Shown here: in pieces, positions 1 through 11,977 of the stretch | How positions within the stretch are numbered: position 1 is the stretch's first letter | Layout: each line of letters starts with the position of its first letter | Assembly: GCA_030141605.1 (NCBI GenBank) | Contig: JAQGDQ010000682.1 | Span: 1 to 64,000, forward strand | Source: Tubiluchus corallicola | Lineage: Eukaryota > Animalia > Priapulida | Length of the DNA: 64,000 bases | Direction of reading: 5' to 3' | Program-made: the position numbers and the translations under genes | Notes under the pieces: model-generated | The model's database searches: none | What the model saw: only the letters and a program-made list of their open reading frames with translations | What the model was told of the DNA's origin: nothing

Positions 1-718
1 AAACAAAACTTACAGTAATAAATAATAATAAGAAATAACAAAACAAAACTTACAGTGATAAATAATAATAAGAATTAATAAAACAAAACTTACAGTAATA
101 AATAATAATAAGAATTAATAAAACAAAACTTACAGTAATAAATAATAATAAGAATTAATAAAACAAAACTTACAGTAATAAATAATAATAAGAATTAATA
201 AAACAAAACTTACAGTAATAAATAATAATAAGAAATAACAAAACAAAACTTACAGTGATAAATAATAATAAGAATTAATAAAACAAAACTTACAGTAATA
301 AATAATAATAAGAAATAACAAAACAAAACTTACAGTGATAAATAATAATAAGAAATAATAAAACAAAACTTACGGTAATAAATAATAATAAGAAATAACA
401 AACAAACACAAAAAAAAAAAATAAAAAACAAAACTTACAGTAATAAATAATAATAAGAAATAACAAAACAAAACTTACAGTGATAAATAATAAGAAATAA
501 TAAAACAAAACTTACGGTAATAAATAATAATAAGAAATAACAAAACAAAACTTACAGTGATAAATAATAATAAGAAATAATAAAACAAAACTTACGGTAA
601 TAAATAATAATAAGAAATAACAAAACAAACTTACAGTGATAAATAATAATAAGAAATAATAAAACAAAACTTACGGTAATAAATAAATAAGAACAAAACA
701 AAACTTACAGTGATAATA
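1..718. repeat. 40-bp AT-rich satellite array (about 18 units, runs off the window start)
   Basis: Unit AAACAAAACTTACAGTAATAAATAATAATAAGAAATAACA repeated with period 40; reverse complement of the array at 2228-3405. Confidence 0.95.
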
Positions 719-1170
719 ACCATGGATGACCAAGATGTCACCAGAGCCAGTTTCACTCTTTTGTCTGTCAACAGCGTGTGGTAACGAAGAGGATAAACGA
801 TGCTAATGTATCTCTCTACTGTTGCAACAACGTAAAAATAGGAAGCGGCACCAATAAAGCAACTTGTAAACGTGTAGAGCCATGCACAAAGTACCAAATG
901 GTCTGGTGTTATATCAATCAAGTAAAAAATAATTGTCTCTGTAAGAAGCCATACACCAACTAACAAATTAGACACGGCTAAGTTACACAGAATGTAATAT
1001 AATGTTGTGTGCAACGGCGGCGACTTTATAATGGTGACCACGACAATGCTGTTGACAATCACGATCACAATTCCAAGTGGAAACGTTATAAAACCATAAA
1101 ATAATCCAGCATCTGTGTTGCTGGCATTTTTCATAGATGCAATAGATGCATTAACCAAATTGTCAAACAT
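716..1170 (-). pseudogene. 3'-truncated class A GPCR (subfamily A copy; TM1 to mid-TM4) fused to satellite
   Basis: From ATG 1170 (MFDNLVNAS) it is closely similar to the 5781/9332 receptors up to ..ALVTSWSSMV. It then switches into the 40-bp satellite and the ORF stops at 631. TM5-TM7 are absent from the window. Confidence 0.85.
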
Positions 1171-1782
1171 TTCTGTCAAACACGCTATGCACAATAGCTA
1201 GAAACTGTCACCAAAATAATCAACATTTCCAGTAGAACATAATATACTGTTTCCACTTATTCCAGAAGCATAAATCCTCTAGTGAGGTAGACTCCATTGA
1301 ATTCTCTTATACAGAAACAAAAAAAGGTCTTCAAAAGCAAAACTGACTAGTTGCAAGGTGAAGCCACTGAAAGCAGAGCCATTCTGACGTAAACGTTTAC
1401 AAAGCGGGTACAAAGTACAGCTAATCAGGTGTAGTTAAACAGGTAAATGCTCCATTGTGTAAGTTCAGAGTACATAATGGTAAAATAATAGCAAGTGGGA
1501 AGTGGGAAAGAAAAGAGAGTGCTCTTCCCGGACATATTTCTTTCTCAAAAAGTTTGCCAACTGTTTCATTGCTTTCACTTGTTTCTGTGACAAGATATTG
1601 TTTGTGTTACCTTTACTTTTACGTAGTGTTTCGCTATTTCTGTGAAATGGCAGCTGATAATACAAGCAACAATGTAGAATTTACTGTACAAAGTTTCAAT
1701 AGAAGTCTAGCAAACAGTGTGTCTAAATGGCACAGCGAGATGGAAAATACAGTATATTGAAAGAACATACTATTTCAACAAC

Positions 1783-1823
1783 CATCTGATGACGATTTCC
1801 ATTATAAGTGTCGAAATATTATG
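1783..1823 (+). ncRNA. Degenerate minimal type I hammerhead ribozyme motif (Penelope-like)
   Basis: CAT-CTGATGA-C-GAT..GTC-GAAATATT-ATG: hammerhead core, palindromic AATATT at stem III, 3-bp stem I; stem II imperfect. Confidence 0.4.
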
Positions 1824-2227
1824 TTTTTAGCTGTACTGATTGTTAGAATTAATTGTAGTACAAAAATTTCTGTATCGAAATTCCATAATTTTATATCGTT
1901 TGTTTTAATTAAACAACCCTTTCATACAGTGTACATTCACACGCTTGACAGAATAATCAAAAACTTCTATATTTTATTCTGTTTTCACAACAACTGCAGT
2001 TGCTTTCAATGTTTCATAGGATGATGTTTTGTAATTTTTTATTTTAATCTTGTTCTGCCAGCATTCTATTGACCTTAAATTAATTTCAAAAATATCTTCT
2101 TAGAATTTGTAAGGTTAATCGTATTTTCTTTGTTTTAAATCAAACTGCCATCTACCACAGTTTAGTATAGTTTCAGAAATGTTGCAATTGTTTTAACTTT
2201 CAATGTAATCTCCTTTATTTCTTCTTC

Positions 2228-3405
2228 TTGTTATTTATTAATGTAAGTTTTGTTTTGTTATTTCTTGTTATTGTTTATTACCGTAAGTTTTGTTTTATTA
2301 TTTCTTATTATTATTTATCACTGTAAGTTTTGTTTTGTTATTTCTTATTATTATTTATCACTGTAAGTTTTGTTTTGTTATTTCTTATTATTATTTATTA
2401 CCGTAAGTTTTGTTTTATTATTTCTTATTATTATTTATCACTGTAAGTTTTGTTTTGTTATTTCTTATTATTATTTATTACCGTAAGTTTTGTTTTATTA
2501 TTTCTTATTATTATTTATCACTGTAAGTTTTGTTTTGTTATTTCTTATTATTATTTATTACCGTAAGTTTTGTTTTATTATTTCTTATTATTATTTATCA
2601 CTGTAAGTTTTGTTTTGTTATTTCTTGTTATTGTTTATTACCGTAAGTTTTGTTTTATTATTTCTTATTATTATTTATCACTGTAAGTTTTGTTTTGTTA
2701 TTTCTTATTATTATTTATTACCGTAAGTTTTGTTTTATTATTTCTTATTATTATTTATCACTGTAAGTTTTGTTTTGTTATTTCTTGTTATTGTTTATTA
2801 CCGTAAGTTTTGTTTTATTATTTCTTATTATTATTTATCACTGTAAGTTTTGTTTTGTTATTTCTTATTATTATTTATTACCGTAAGTTTTGTTTTATTA
2901 TTTCTTATTATTATTTATCACTGTAAGTTTTGTTTTATTATTTCTTATTATTATTTATTACTGTAAGTTTTGTTTTGTTATTTCTTATTATTATTTATCA
3001 CTGTAAGTTTTGTTTTATTATTTCTTATTATTATTTATTACTGTAAGTTTTGTTTTGTTATTTCTTATTATTATTTATTACCGTAAGTTTTGTTTTATTA
3101 TTTCTTATTATTATTTATCACTGTAAGTTTTGTTTTGTTATTTCTTATTATTATTTATTACCGTAAGTTTTGTTTTATTATTTCTTATTATTATTTATCA
3201 CTGTAAGTTTTGTTTTATTATTTCTTATTATTATTTATTACCGTAAGTTTTGTTTTATTATTTCTTATTATTATTTATCACTGTAAGTTTTGTTTTATTA
3301 TTATTTATTACTGTAAGTTTTGTTTTGTTATTTCTTATTATTATTTATTACTGTAAGTTTTGTTTTATTATTTCTTATTATTATTTATTACTGTAAGTTT
3401 TGTTT
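2228..3405. repeat. 40-bp satellite array (about 29 units), inverted relative to 1-718
   Basis: Unit ACTGTAAGTTTTGTTTTGTTATTTCTTATTATTATTTATT with alternating ACTGT/ACCGT variants. Confidence 0.95.
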
Positions 3406-3443
3406 GGTTTTGCCCAACTTCCTTAGCAGACTACTAACATATA

Positions 3444-4764
3444 CAGGGCACTTTATTTATGACTTTTCTTGCAAAATAGTCATAAATAGTCATAAATAAG
3501 ATTTCAAATTTGTCATAAATAACGAAAGAAAAATAATCATTTCCCGATGAATGGAACAAAAAATTCAGTACAGAAAACTGTTTCCACCGTCTCTCTCTCT
3601 CTCTCTCTCTCTCTCCCACACACACAGGCAGTCCATAAGAAGCTTGCGCGTGACTGTTTGGTGGACTAACACAGTAACTGAGACTGTCTAACTGATGCGT
3701 TTATCTGTCATTAACTCGTCTAGAAGCAACCTAAATAATAAAAAGTAAATGAGCGCGTTACCGCGAAAAAATAAATAGGCACCGACAGAATCGTTGTCGT
3801 TCCATCGAAAATTTGAATTAAAGACAGCTTACCTATTTTAATGTCCTAAAGTTCTGCCGCCTCAAACCTACGCTCTGCACAATAACAGAAATCTACACTT
3901 CTAATTCTTTTCTTTGCACGTTCATTTCAGTGCCTTTCTCATCCTAGCGGCGTTAGGGGTGAGCATTCTCTACCAGAAAGCGAATTCGAATCGAACCGAA
4001 TTTGTGACTTTCGAATTCGAATCGAACCGAACTTCGATGCTTACCCCTAAGCGGCGTAAGTCAATGGCTTGGGTGTAGGTTTTAGCTCGAGTTTGCCGCA
4101 AGCGTTTCCCGTGCCTTACTGCCTCATCCTCAAGAAATAAGAATAATGCCGTCTGCTAGAATTTGAGCATATTTTATCTTTGGGAGAATTTGTTGCTTCA
4201 TTGTCATTAAAATTTAACTGTTTTTCTTGTTTAGTTATTTTGCTTAATGTAATTTTAATTAGAAAACATACGTGACGGTTCCCTAGAAAGATGTAATAGC
4301 CAATAGTATTTTCCAACATTAAATTTAAAATCGATATTTAAAAAATACATTATTTACTTGTACTAATTGTGGCTACGAATTGTGACTGTACGAATTAATT
4401 AATAGATTGATTTTTATGAGCAGTAATTTTATAGGTCATCCTAAACAAATTAAAACCGATACTATAATTATTATAAACACGATCACGGATTTCAGTCTGG
4501 AGGGATGCCTGCATGCAAAACAATACGAGAAACTTCAGGCCTTGGAATGATGAAAGTAGACATTTTTATTACATTTTAATGTAATGAAGAACGAAGAAAG
4601 GCAAAATACAAGATTCTGATTAAAAATATGTATTTCTTTTAGCTCAGGATGGCATTTTTGGTCAAAATTTGACACGTCATAAATAGTCATAAATAAAATC
4701 TGAAATTAGTATTAAATAAGCTATTTATGCAATTTATGACTAAAGTCATAAATAAAGTGCCCTG
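3444..4764. mobile_element. Non-autonomous hAT-type DNA transposon
   Basis: Perfect 23-bp TIR CAGGGCACTTTATTTATGACTTT, 8-bp TSD AACATATA (3436-3443 / 4765-4772), subterminal GTCATAAATA repeats, no transposase ORF. Confidence 0.9.
3954..4049. mobile_element. 96-bp mini hAT-type MITE nested in the larger hAT element
   Basis: Ends TAGGGGTGAGCAT..ATGCTTACCCCTA, 8-bp TSD AGCGGCGT (3946-3953 / 4050-4057), internal CGAATTCGAATCGAACCGAA twice. Confidence 0.8.
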
Positions 4765-4880
4765 AACATATACCAATCATCTATGAAGAGCAAGAAAAAA
4801 CAAAACAAACAAAAAACAGTGTTCAGCTTTCAGTATTAACACAAAATGTCAGACGTAGAGTATTTTCTCTTACTGCAAAA

Positions 4881-5516
4881 GTGGTTATCTAGTTCTTGCA
4901 GCCAACACTAGATGTCGACAGTGATGTTCAATATTCAGTCCAAGAACTATTGCAATAGTGGTTATCCAGTTCTTGCAACCAACACTAGATGCCGACAGTG
5001 ACGTTCAATATTCAGTCCAAGAACTACTGCAATAGTGGTTATCTAGTTCTTGCAGTCAACACTAGATGTCGACAGTGACGTTCAATATTCAGTCCAAGAA
5101 CTACTGCAATAGTGGTTATCTAGTTCTTGCAGCCAACACTAGATGTCGACAGTGATGTTCAATATTCAGTCCAAGAACTACTGCAATAGTGGTTATCTAG
5201 TTCTTGCAGCCAACACTAGATGCCGACAGTGACGTTCAATATTCAGTGCAAGAACTACTACAATAGTGGTTATCTAGTTCTTGCAGCCAACACTAGATGC
5301 CGACAGTGACGTTCAATATTCAGTCCAAGAACTACTGCAATAGTGGTTATCTAGTTCTTGCAGCCAACACTAGATGTCGACAGTGATGTTCAATATTCAG
5401 TCCAAGAACTACTGCAATAGTGGTTATCTAGTTCTTGCAGCCAACACTAGATGCCGACAGTGACGTTCAATATTCAGTGCAAGAACTACTACAATAGTGG
5501 TTATCTAGTTCTTGCA
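4881..5516. repeat. 77-bp minisatellite (about 8 units) downstream of GPCR 5781-6722
   Basis: GTGGTTATC recurs at 4881, 4958, 5035 ... 5497 (period 77). Confidence 0.95.
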
Positions 5517-5780
5517 ATTAAAACAAGATGTTAATGAGTAATAGTAACAAGTTTTGGCCACAAGTACTAGGCAGATCGGAAAAAATGTCAACATAACATC
5601 TCTCAGTTAAGGGCTCTTTTACAGAATAAAGTTTAAAATTATGCAGAAAAAACACTAAGACAGTGAGGAATACTACTATTTCACAAAACGTTTTGGATAA
5701 TCACACACTTCTTGGTATACAAAAGAACACAAACATGCAGTGCTAACTACGCTAACCAGACACTAGATTTTCAGCAGGAA

Positions 5781-6722
5781 TCATTGACCAGTACAGAACA
5801 GCTTCCTCACGCAGTTTCTAAAATCCTTCATTCTTGTTATAAAGACAAATACATTTGCAAAGGAATTGAAATATGCAGGCAGCGTGAACCAATAAACGTT
5901 ATTCTCATTAATAAATAAAGTAGTGCCATACTTATACATTATAACAGAACAGAGTATGTATGGTACATAACAAAAGTAAAACAAACACACAGCTATACCG
6001 AGGGTTTTGACAAGTTTAAATTTTGCATGGAACTCCAACACATGATTTAATTCATTGTGGAAAGTAGAAATGCCACTTTGTATCTCCCGAATTTGTCTCC
6101 AAGCCGTTTTCAAAATAATTATGTAAAAATAAAGAAAGATGAACAAGACGACTGAAGTTATGATACTAGCAAGATAAAATCCAAAATCAGTGAACCATCC
6201 ACTTTGATATGGAATGCATTGGTACATATTTTCAACGGAATAAATGTACATCACACCAAAACAAATGACTTCAGTAACCATGAATGACCAAGATGTCACC
6301 AGAGCCAGTTTCACTCTTTTATCTGTCAACAGCGTGTGGTAACGAAGAGGATAAACGATGCTAATGTATCTCTCTACTGTTGCAACAACGTAAAAATATG
6401 AAGCGGCAGCAATAAAGCCACATGAAAATGAATAGAGCCATGCACAAAGTACCAAATCATCAGGTGTTATATCAACCAAATAAAAAATAACTGTCTCTGT
6501 AAGAAGCCATACACCAACTAGCAAATTAGACACCGCTAAGTTACACAGAATGTAATATAATATTGTGTGCAATGGCGGTGACTTTATAATGGTGACCACG
6601 ACAATGCTGTTGATAATCACGATCACAATTCCAAGTGGAAACGTTATAAAACCATAAAAAAATCCAGCATCTGTAGTGTTGCTGGCATTTTTCATAGATG
6701 CATTAACCAAACTGTCAGACAT
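5781..6722 (-). CDS. Single-exon class A (rhodopsin-like) GPCR, putative chemoreceptor, subfamily A (313 aa from first ATG)
   Basis: 7 hydrophobic segments, N-terminal NxS/T sites, LHTILYYILCNLAVSN, ERYISIVYPLRY, CYVP, NSFANVFVF, DFR helix 8. Confidence 0.9.
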   Translation of the reverse strand: MSDSLVNASMKNASNTTDAGFFYGFITFPLGIVIVIINSIVVVTIIKSPPLHTILYYILCNLAVSNLLVGVWLLTETVIFYLVDITPDDLVLCAWLYSFSCGFIAAASYFYVVATVERYISIVYPLRYHTLLTDKRVKLALVTSWSFMVTEVICFGVMYIYSVENMYQCIPYQSGWFTDFGFYLASIITSVVLFIFLYFYIIILKTAWRQIREIQSGISTFHNELNHVLEFHAKFKLVKTLGIAVCLFYFCYVPYILCSVIMYKYGTTLFINENNVYWFTLPAYFNSFANVFVFITRMKDFRNCVRKLFCTGQ

Positions 6723-7559
6723 TTCTGTCAAACACTCTATGCACAATAGCTAGAAACTGTCACCAAAATAATCAACCTTTTCAATAGAACATGATAGAAT
6801 GTTTCCACAAGCATAAATCCTCTAGTGAGGTAGACTCTATTGAATTCTCTTGTACAGAAACAAAAAAGGTCTTCAAAAGCAGAAGTGACTAGTCGCAAGG
6901 TGAAGCCACTGAAAGTAGAGTCATTCTGACAAGCAGGTACAAAGTACAAGTAATCAGGTGTATTTAAACAGGTAATCACTCCATTGTGTTAACAGTTCAG
7001 AGTACATAATGGTTAAAATAATACTCTGATAAAGCCAAAACTAATCAGTAACTTGCGTAATTCATTCACCACGTTCAGCAATTTAAGACTAAGATGTCAC
7101 ACAGGTTAACACAATTACGTAAATGTACATTAAATAAATGTAAACAACGTGAAATGCGAATTGATTGGGGATATATTGGGGTGCAATTGTGGAATGAAAA
7201 CTTGGAACACAAAAACTCTGACATGTGTATTGTGTTGTTGTATGTTTAAATACAATTAGTGCTAAACAAACAAGATATTTTCTGTTATACTATTGCTTCT
7301 GTCAAAAGCAATTGTTGTTTCAGCAATACGATTACTGGCAGATGCTTTATACACCTTGCAGCATTAGAGAACAATGGTTGCTCCAAAGAGATACTGTAAC
7401 AGGTCTCACAAAATGCAAGTTTAGTTCATTTATTCCAAGAGCCAAGTACAGTTTAACAATATCTTACATGCTTTAGCTTTTTTATTATGCAAACAACATA
7501 TGTTGGCTAGCTGGGTAAATTTAATTCTGACAGTTCAATAGGTGGCAATGGGTTTCATC

Positions 7560-8372
7560 AACGTGGGAACATATCTCCCTTGTTATTCCACTTCTGTTTT
7601 AAAAATCTCAGTGCTGAAATTACTAACTCTTGTGTAGGATGCAATCATATTGCAAAAGCCTACATTAATCATTTGGTATATGCTGACGACATATGCCTTT
7701 TGGTGGCAACCATGACAACTTTGCAGAGACTGCTAGATATTTTTAATAAATTTGCTGGCAGATATGATATTCTTGTAAATGTGAATAAGATTAAGCTTGT
7801 CACATTTTGCTATGACCATATGCAGCAGTTTGTGTTGCTTTGCAATACGAACTTTTTGTACGTTGTATGAAAGAAAATTATTTAGGTCATATTATCTCAC
7901 AAGTCATGAGAGATGATTTAGATAAATTACTATGACCCAGCCAAAAAGTTGCTTATGAAATTCAGTCATTGTTATGTTACAAGAGACAATTTTTATTCTT
8001 ACAATCTCAGGAAACTCAAGGTTACATATAATATATCAGCACAGAAGCCTTTTAACTTTTTACATGATACTAGCCAGATATATTTCTACTACACTTGATC
8101 TTATTTATTTTGATGTGATTCACAGAAAATGTGCATACAGTTTATATGTCAGGTTGAATAAGAGTGAAAATTTGATGTGCAAGAGCATTTTCAACAGTGA
8201 TGTAATCTTTAGTTCTGAAATTAGTCAATCAGTGGCATACTTTGTTATATTATTAATTGTTATTTGTGTTGGTGTGCGTCATAATTTATTGTATTTTTTG
8301 GATTAGTTTGTGATGTTTATATGAACTTTGCTCTAATGTTTGAAATAAAATATTAAATCAAATAAAAAATAT
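7560..8372 (+). mobile_element. 5'-truncated, decayed non-LTR retrotransposon (LINE) 3' fragment
   Basis: RT motif NHLVYADDICLL..LQRLLDIF..YDILVNVNK in ORF 7580-7870, frameshifted C-terminal part, AATAAA/A-rich tail near 8345-8370. Confidence 0.8.
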
Positions 8373-8559
8373 GATGTTTGAATGAACACTTTAAACGTAT
8401 GGCATTTATGAGAGATTTTCTCTGATCCAGTAGTTTCTTAAAATGTGTAAACTTTTTATTTGTGGCTTCAGTGGAAGCATTCAGTTTGTATTTGTACCTC
8501 GAGTAAGGTTTACCCCATTGTGTTTTCTGAACAATTATATAGATTTCGACAGTAAGGTG

Positions 8560-9067
8560 CAATTCAGTCCAACAACTACTGCAATTGTGGTTATCTAGTT
8601 CTTGCAGCCAACACTAGATGTGGACAGAGATGTCAATATTCAGTGTAAGAACTACTGCAACAGTGGTTATCTAGTTCTTGCAGCCAACACTAGATGCCGA
8701 CAGTGACGTTCAATATTCAGTGCAAGAACTACTGCAATAGTGGTTATCTAGTTCTTGCAGTCAACACTAGATGTCGACAGTGACGTTCAATATTCAGTGC
8801 AAGAACTACTACAATAGTGGTTATCTAGTTCTTGCAGCCAACACTAGATGTCGACAGTGACGTTCAATATTCAGTCCAAGAACTACTGCAATAGTGGTTA
8901 TCTAGTTCTTGCAGCCAACACTAGATGTCGACAGTGACGTTCAATATTCAGTCCAAGAACTACTGCAATAGTGGTTATCTAGTTCTTGCAGCCAACACTA
9001 GATGCCGACAGTGACGTTCAATATTCAGTGCAAGAACTACTACAATAGTGGTTATCTAGTTCTTGCA
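8560..9067. repeat. 77-bp minisatellite (about 6.5 units), paralogous to 4881-5516
   Basis: Same unit and same position relative to the duplicated receptor. Confidence 0.95.
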
Positions 9068-9331
9068 ATTAAAACAAGATGTTAATGAGTAATAGTAACA
9101 AGTTTTGGCCACAAGTACTAGGCAGATCGGAAAAAATGTCAACATAACATCTCTCAGTTAAGGGCTCTTTTACAGAATAAAGATTAAAATTATGCAGAAA
9201 AAACACTAAGACAGTGAGGAATACTACTATTTCACAAAACGTTTTGGATAATCACACACTTCTTGGTATACAAAAGAACACAAACATGCAGTGCTAACTA
9301 CGCTAACCAGACACTAGATTTTCAGCAGGAA

Positions 9332-10282
9332 TCATTGACCAGTACAGAACAGCTTTCTCACACATTTTCTAAAATCCTTCATTCTTGTTATAAAGACAAA
9401 TACATTTGCAAAGGAATTAAAATATGCAGGCAGCGAGAACCAATAAACGTTATTCTCATTAATAAATAAAGTAGTGCCATACTTATAGATTATAACAGAA
9501 CAGAGTATGTATGGTACATAACAAAAGTAAAACAAACACACAGCTATACCGAGGGTTTTGACAAGTTTAAATTTTGCATGGAACTCCGACACATGATTTA
9601 ATTCATTGTGGAAAGTGGAAATGCCACTTTGTATCTCCCGAATTTGTCTCCAAGCTGTTTTCAAAATCATGATGTAAAAATAAAGAAAGATGAACAAGAC
9701 GACTGAAGTTACGATACTAGCAAGATAAAATCCAAAATCAGTGAACCATCCGCTTTGATATGGAATGCATTGGTACATATTTTCAACGGAATAAATATAC
9801 ATCACACCAAAACAAATGACTTCAGTAACCATGAATGACCAAGATGTCACCAGAGCCAGTTTCACTCTTTTATCTGTCAACAGCATGTGGTAACGAAGAG
9901 GATAAACGATGCTAATGTATCTCTCTACTGTTGCAACAACGTAAAAATATGAAGCAGCAGCAATAAAGCCACATGAAAATGAATAGAGCCATGCACAAAG
10001 TACCAAATCGTCAGGTGTTATATCAATCAAGTAAAAAATAACTGTCTCTGTAAGAAGCCATACACCAACTAACAAATTAGACACCGCTAAGTTACACAGA
10101 ATGTAATATAATGTTGTGTGCAATGGTGGCGACTTTACAATGGTGACCACGACAATGCTGTTGACAATCACGATCACAATTCCAAGTGGAAACGTTATAA
10201 AACCATGCAATAATCCAGGATCTGTAGTGTTGCTGGCGTTTTTCATTAATACAATAGATTCATTAACCAAACTGTCAAACAT
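9332..10282 (-). CDS. Single-exon class A GPCR, subfamily A (316 aa from first ATG), recent duplicate of 5781-6722
   Basis: Near-identical protein and flanks; the duplicated block is about 4881-7530 versus 8560-11092. Confidence 0.9.
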   Translation of the reverse strand: MFDSLVNESIVLMKNASNTTDPGLLHGFITFPLGIVIVIVNSIVVVTIVKSPPLHTTLYYILCNLAVSNLLVGVWLLTETVIFYLIDITPDDLVLCAWLYSFSCGFIAAASYFYVVATVERYISIVYPLRYHMLLTDKRVKLALVTSWSFMVTEVICFGVMYIYSVENMYQCIPYQSGWFTDFGFYLASIVTSVVLFIFLYFYIMILKTAWRQIREIQSGISTFHNELNHVSEFHAKFKLVKTLGIAVCLFYFCYVPYILCSVIIYKYGTTLFINENNVYWFSLPAYFNSFANVFVFITRMKDFRKCVRKLFCTGQ

Positions 10283-11582
10283 TTCTGTCAAACACTCTAT
10301 GCACAATAGCAAGAAACAGTCACCAAAATAATCCACATTTTCAATAGAACATGATAGACTGTTTCCACTTATTCCAGAAGCATAAATCCTCTAGTGAGGT
10401 AGACTCTATTAAATTCTCTTGTACAGAAACAAAAAAGGTCTTCAAAAGCAGAAGTGGCTAGTTGCAAGGTGAAGCCACTGAAAGTAGAGTCATTCTGACA
10501 AGCAGGTACGAAGTACAAGTGATCAGGTGTATTTAAACAGGTAATCACTCCATTGTGTTAACAGTTCAAAGTACATAATGGTTAAAATAATGCTCTGATA
10601 ATGCCAAAACTAATGAGTAACTTGCGTAATTCATTCACCACGTTCAGCAATTTAAGACTAAGGCGTCACACAGGTTAACACAATTTATGAAAAAAGTGGT
10701 TGGGTAAATGTACATTAAATGTAAACAACATGAAATGCGTATTGATTGGGGTGCAATTGTGGAATGAAAACTTGGAACACAAAAACTCTGACATGTATAT
10801 TGTGTTGTTGTATGTTTAAATACAATTACAGCTAAACAAACAAGATATTTTCTGTTACACTATTGCTCACGTCAAAACCAATTGTTGTTTCAGCAATACG
10901 ATTACTGGCAGATGCTTTATACACCTTGCAGCATTAGAGAACAATGGTTGCTCCAAAGAGAAACTGTAATATGTCTCGCAAAATGCAAGTTTAGTTCATT
11001 TATTCCAAGAGCCAAGTACAGTTTAACAATATCTTACACGTTTTAGCTTTTTTATTGTGTGGAACAATATATGTTGGCTAGGTGGACAAATTGAAGACTA
11101 CGGCAATGGCAAAGTTGAATAAGATCTAGACAAAACAGAAACGGTTCAGTAAGATTAAATCTGCTGCACTCTGAAGCCATTTAGATGTGAATACATGTAA
11201 TATAGGTACAAATTATCCCATGCCTGACGCAACGTGTTAAAAATTCAGCAAGTTTTCTCTACATAAGAAGTGCAAAATACCCTTGGACGATATTATATTG
11301 TATTTTATATAATGTTTTATTTGACCAATTGCACCACTAATGTGAATCATTGCAGGAGGCATCAGCTATGCAAACAATAGTGATATTGATGTAATAAAAC
11401 ACATTGAAGCAAATAAAATTTTGCTGCACACTCAAAAGTAGTTACTAATAGCTGCATGAATAGCTTTATTCCATTACACAATTAGTTTTGTCAAAACCTG
11501 CCTGAAAGGGTAACATCTCTAATGGATGCCAAATATGTAGAGTAAACAAAATGGCACGAATAGTCACGTTTATCTTATGTAA

Positions 11583-11977
11583 TAAACCTTTTCCGAGTTC
11601 CAGCAATTGGCAATGATCGTGAAACGGTCAAAGGTTAAGTGTACCACACAATGCATTTGTGGACATTTGACAACGCCTCGCAGTGCAAGCTATTGTATTA
11701 ATAACAGTTTTCACTGGTAACTAGAATTTTACCCAGTTCACTTTCTCTTGTTTCCAAACAAGATCCTGCTAGTAAATCACTCTACATCACACGGACTAAT
11801 GCGTAATTAAATAAAGTTTACGTAAACCAACTAAAGTTAAAAACTAATACAGCAGACGGCTTTGTTTTACCCACATGTTACTTGATGGTTGTGGTTAGGA
11901 CGCATTGCTGTGGTACATTTAACCTTTGACCTACGGCAACTGCGCGTGCGCACAACAAAACTGCAAAAAAGCTTGTT
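11583..11977. mobile_element. MITE-like dispersed repeat, with an inverted second copy at about 31614-32005
   Basis: Internal inverted GGTCAAAGGTTAAGTG / TTAACCTTTGACC; GCACAACAAAACTGCAAAAA motif shared with the 31.6 kb copy in opposite orientation. Confidence 0.6.

Noticed and set aside
290-508. Hydrophobic 72-aa ORF
   Set aside because: Translation of the T-rich satellite strand.
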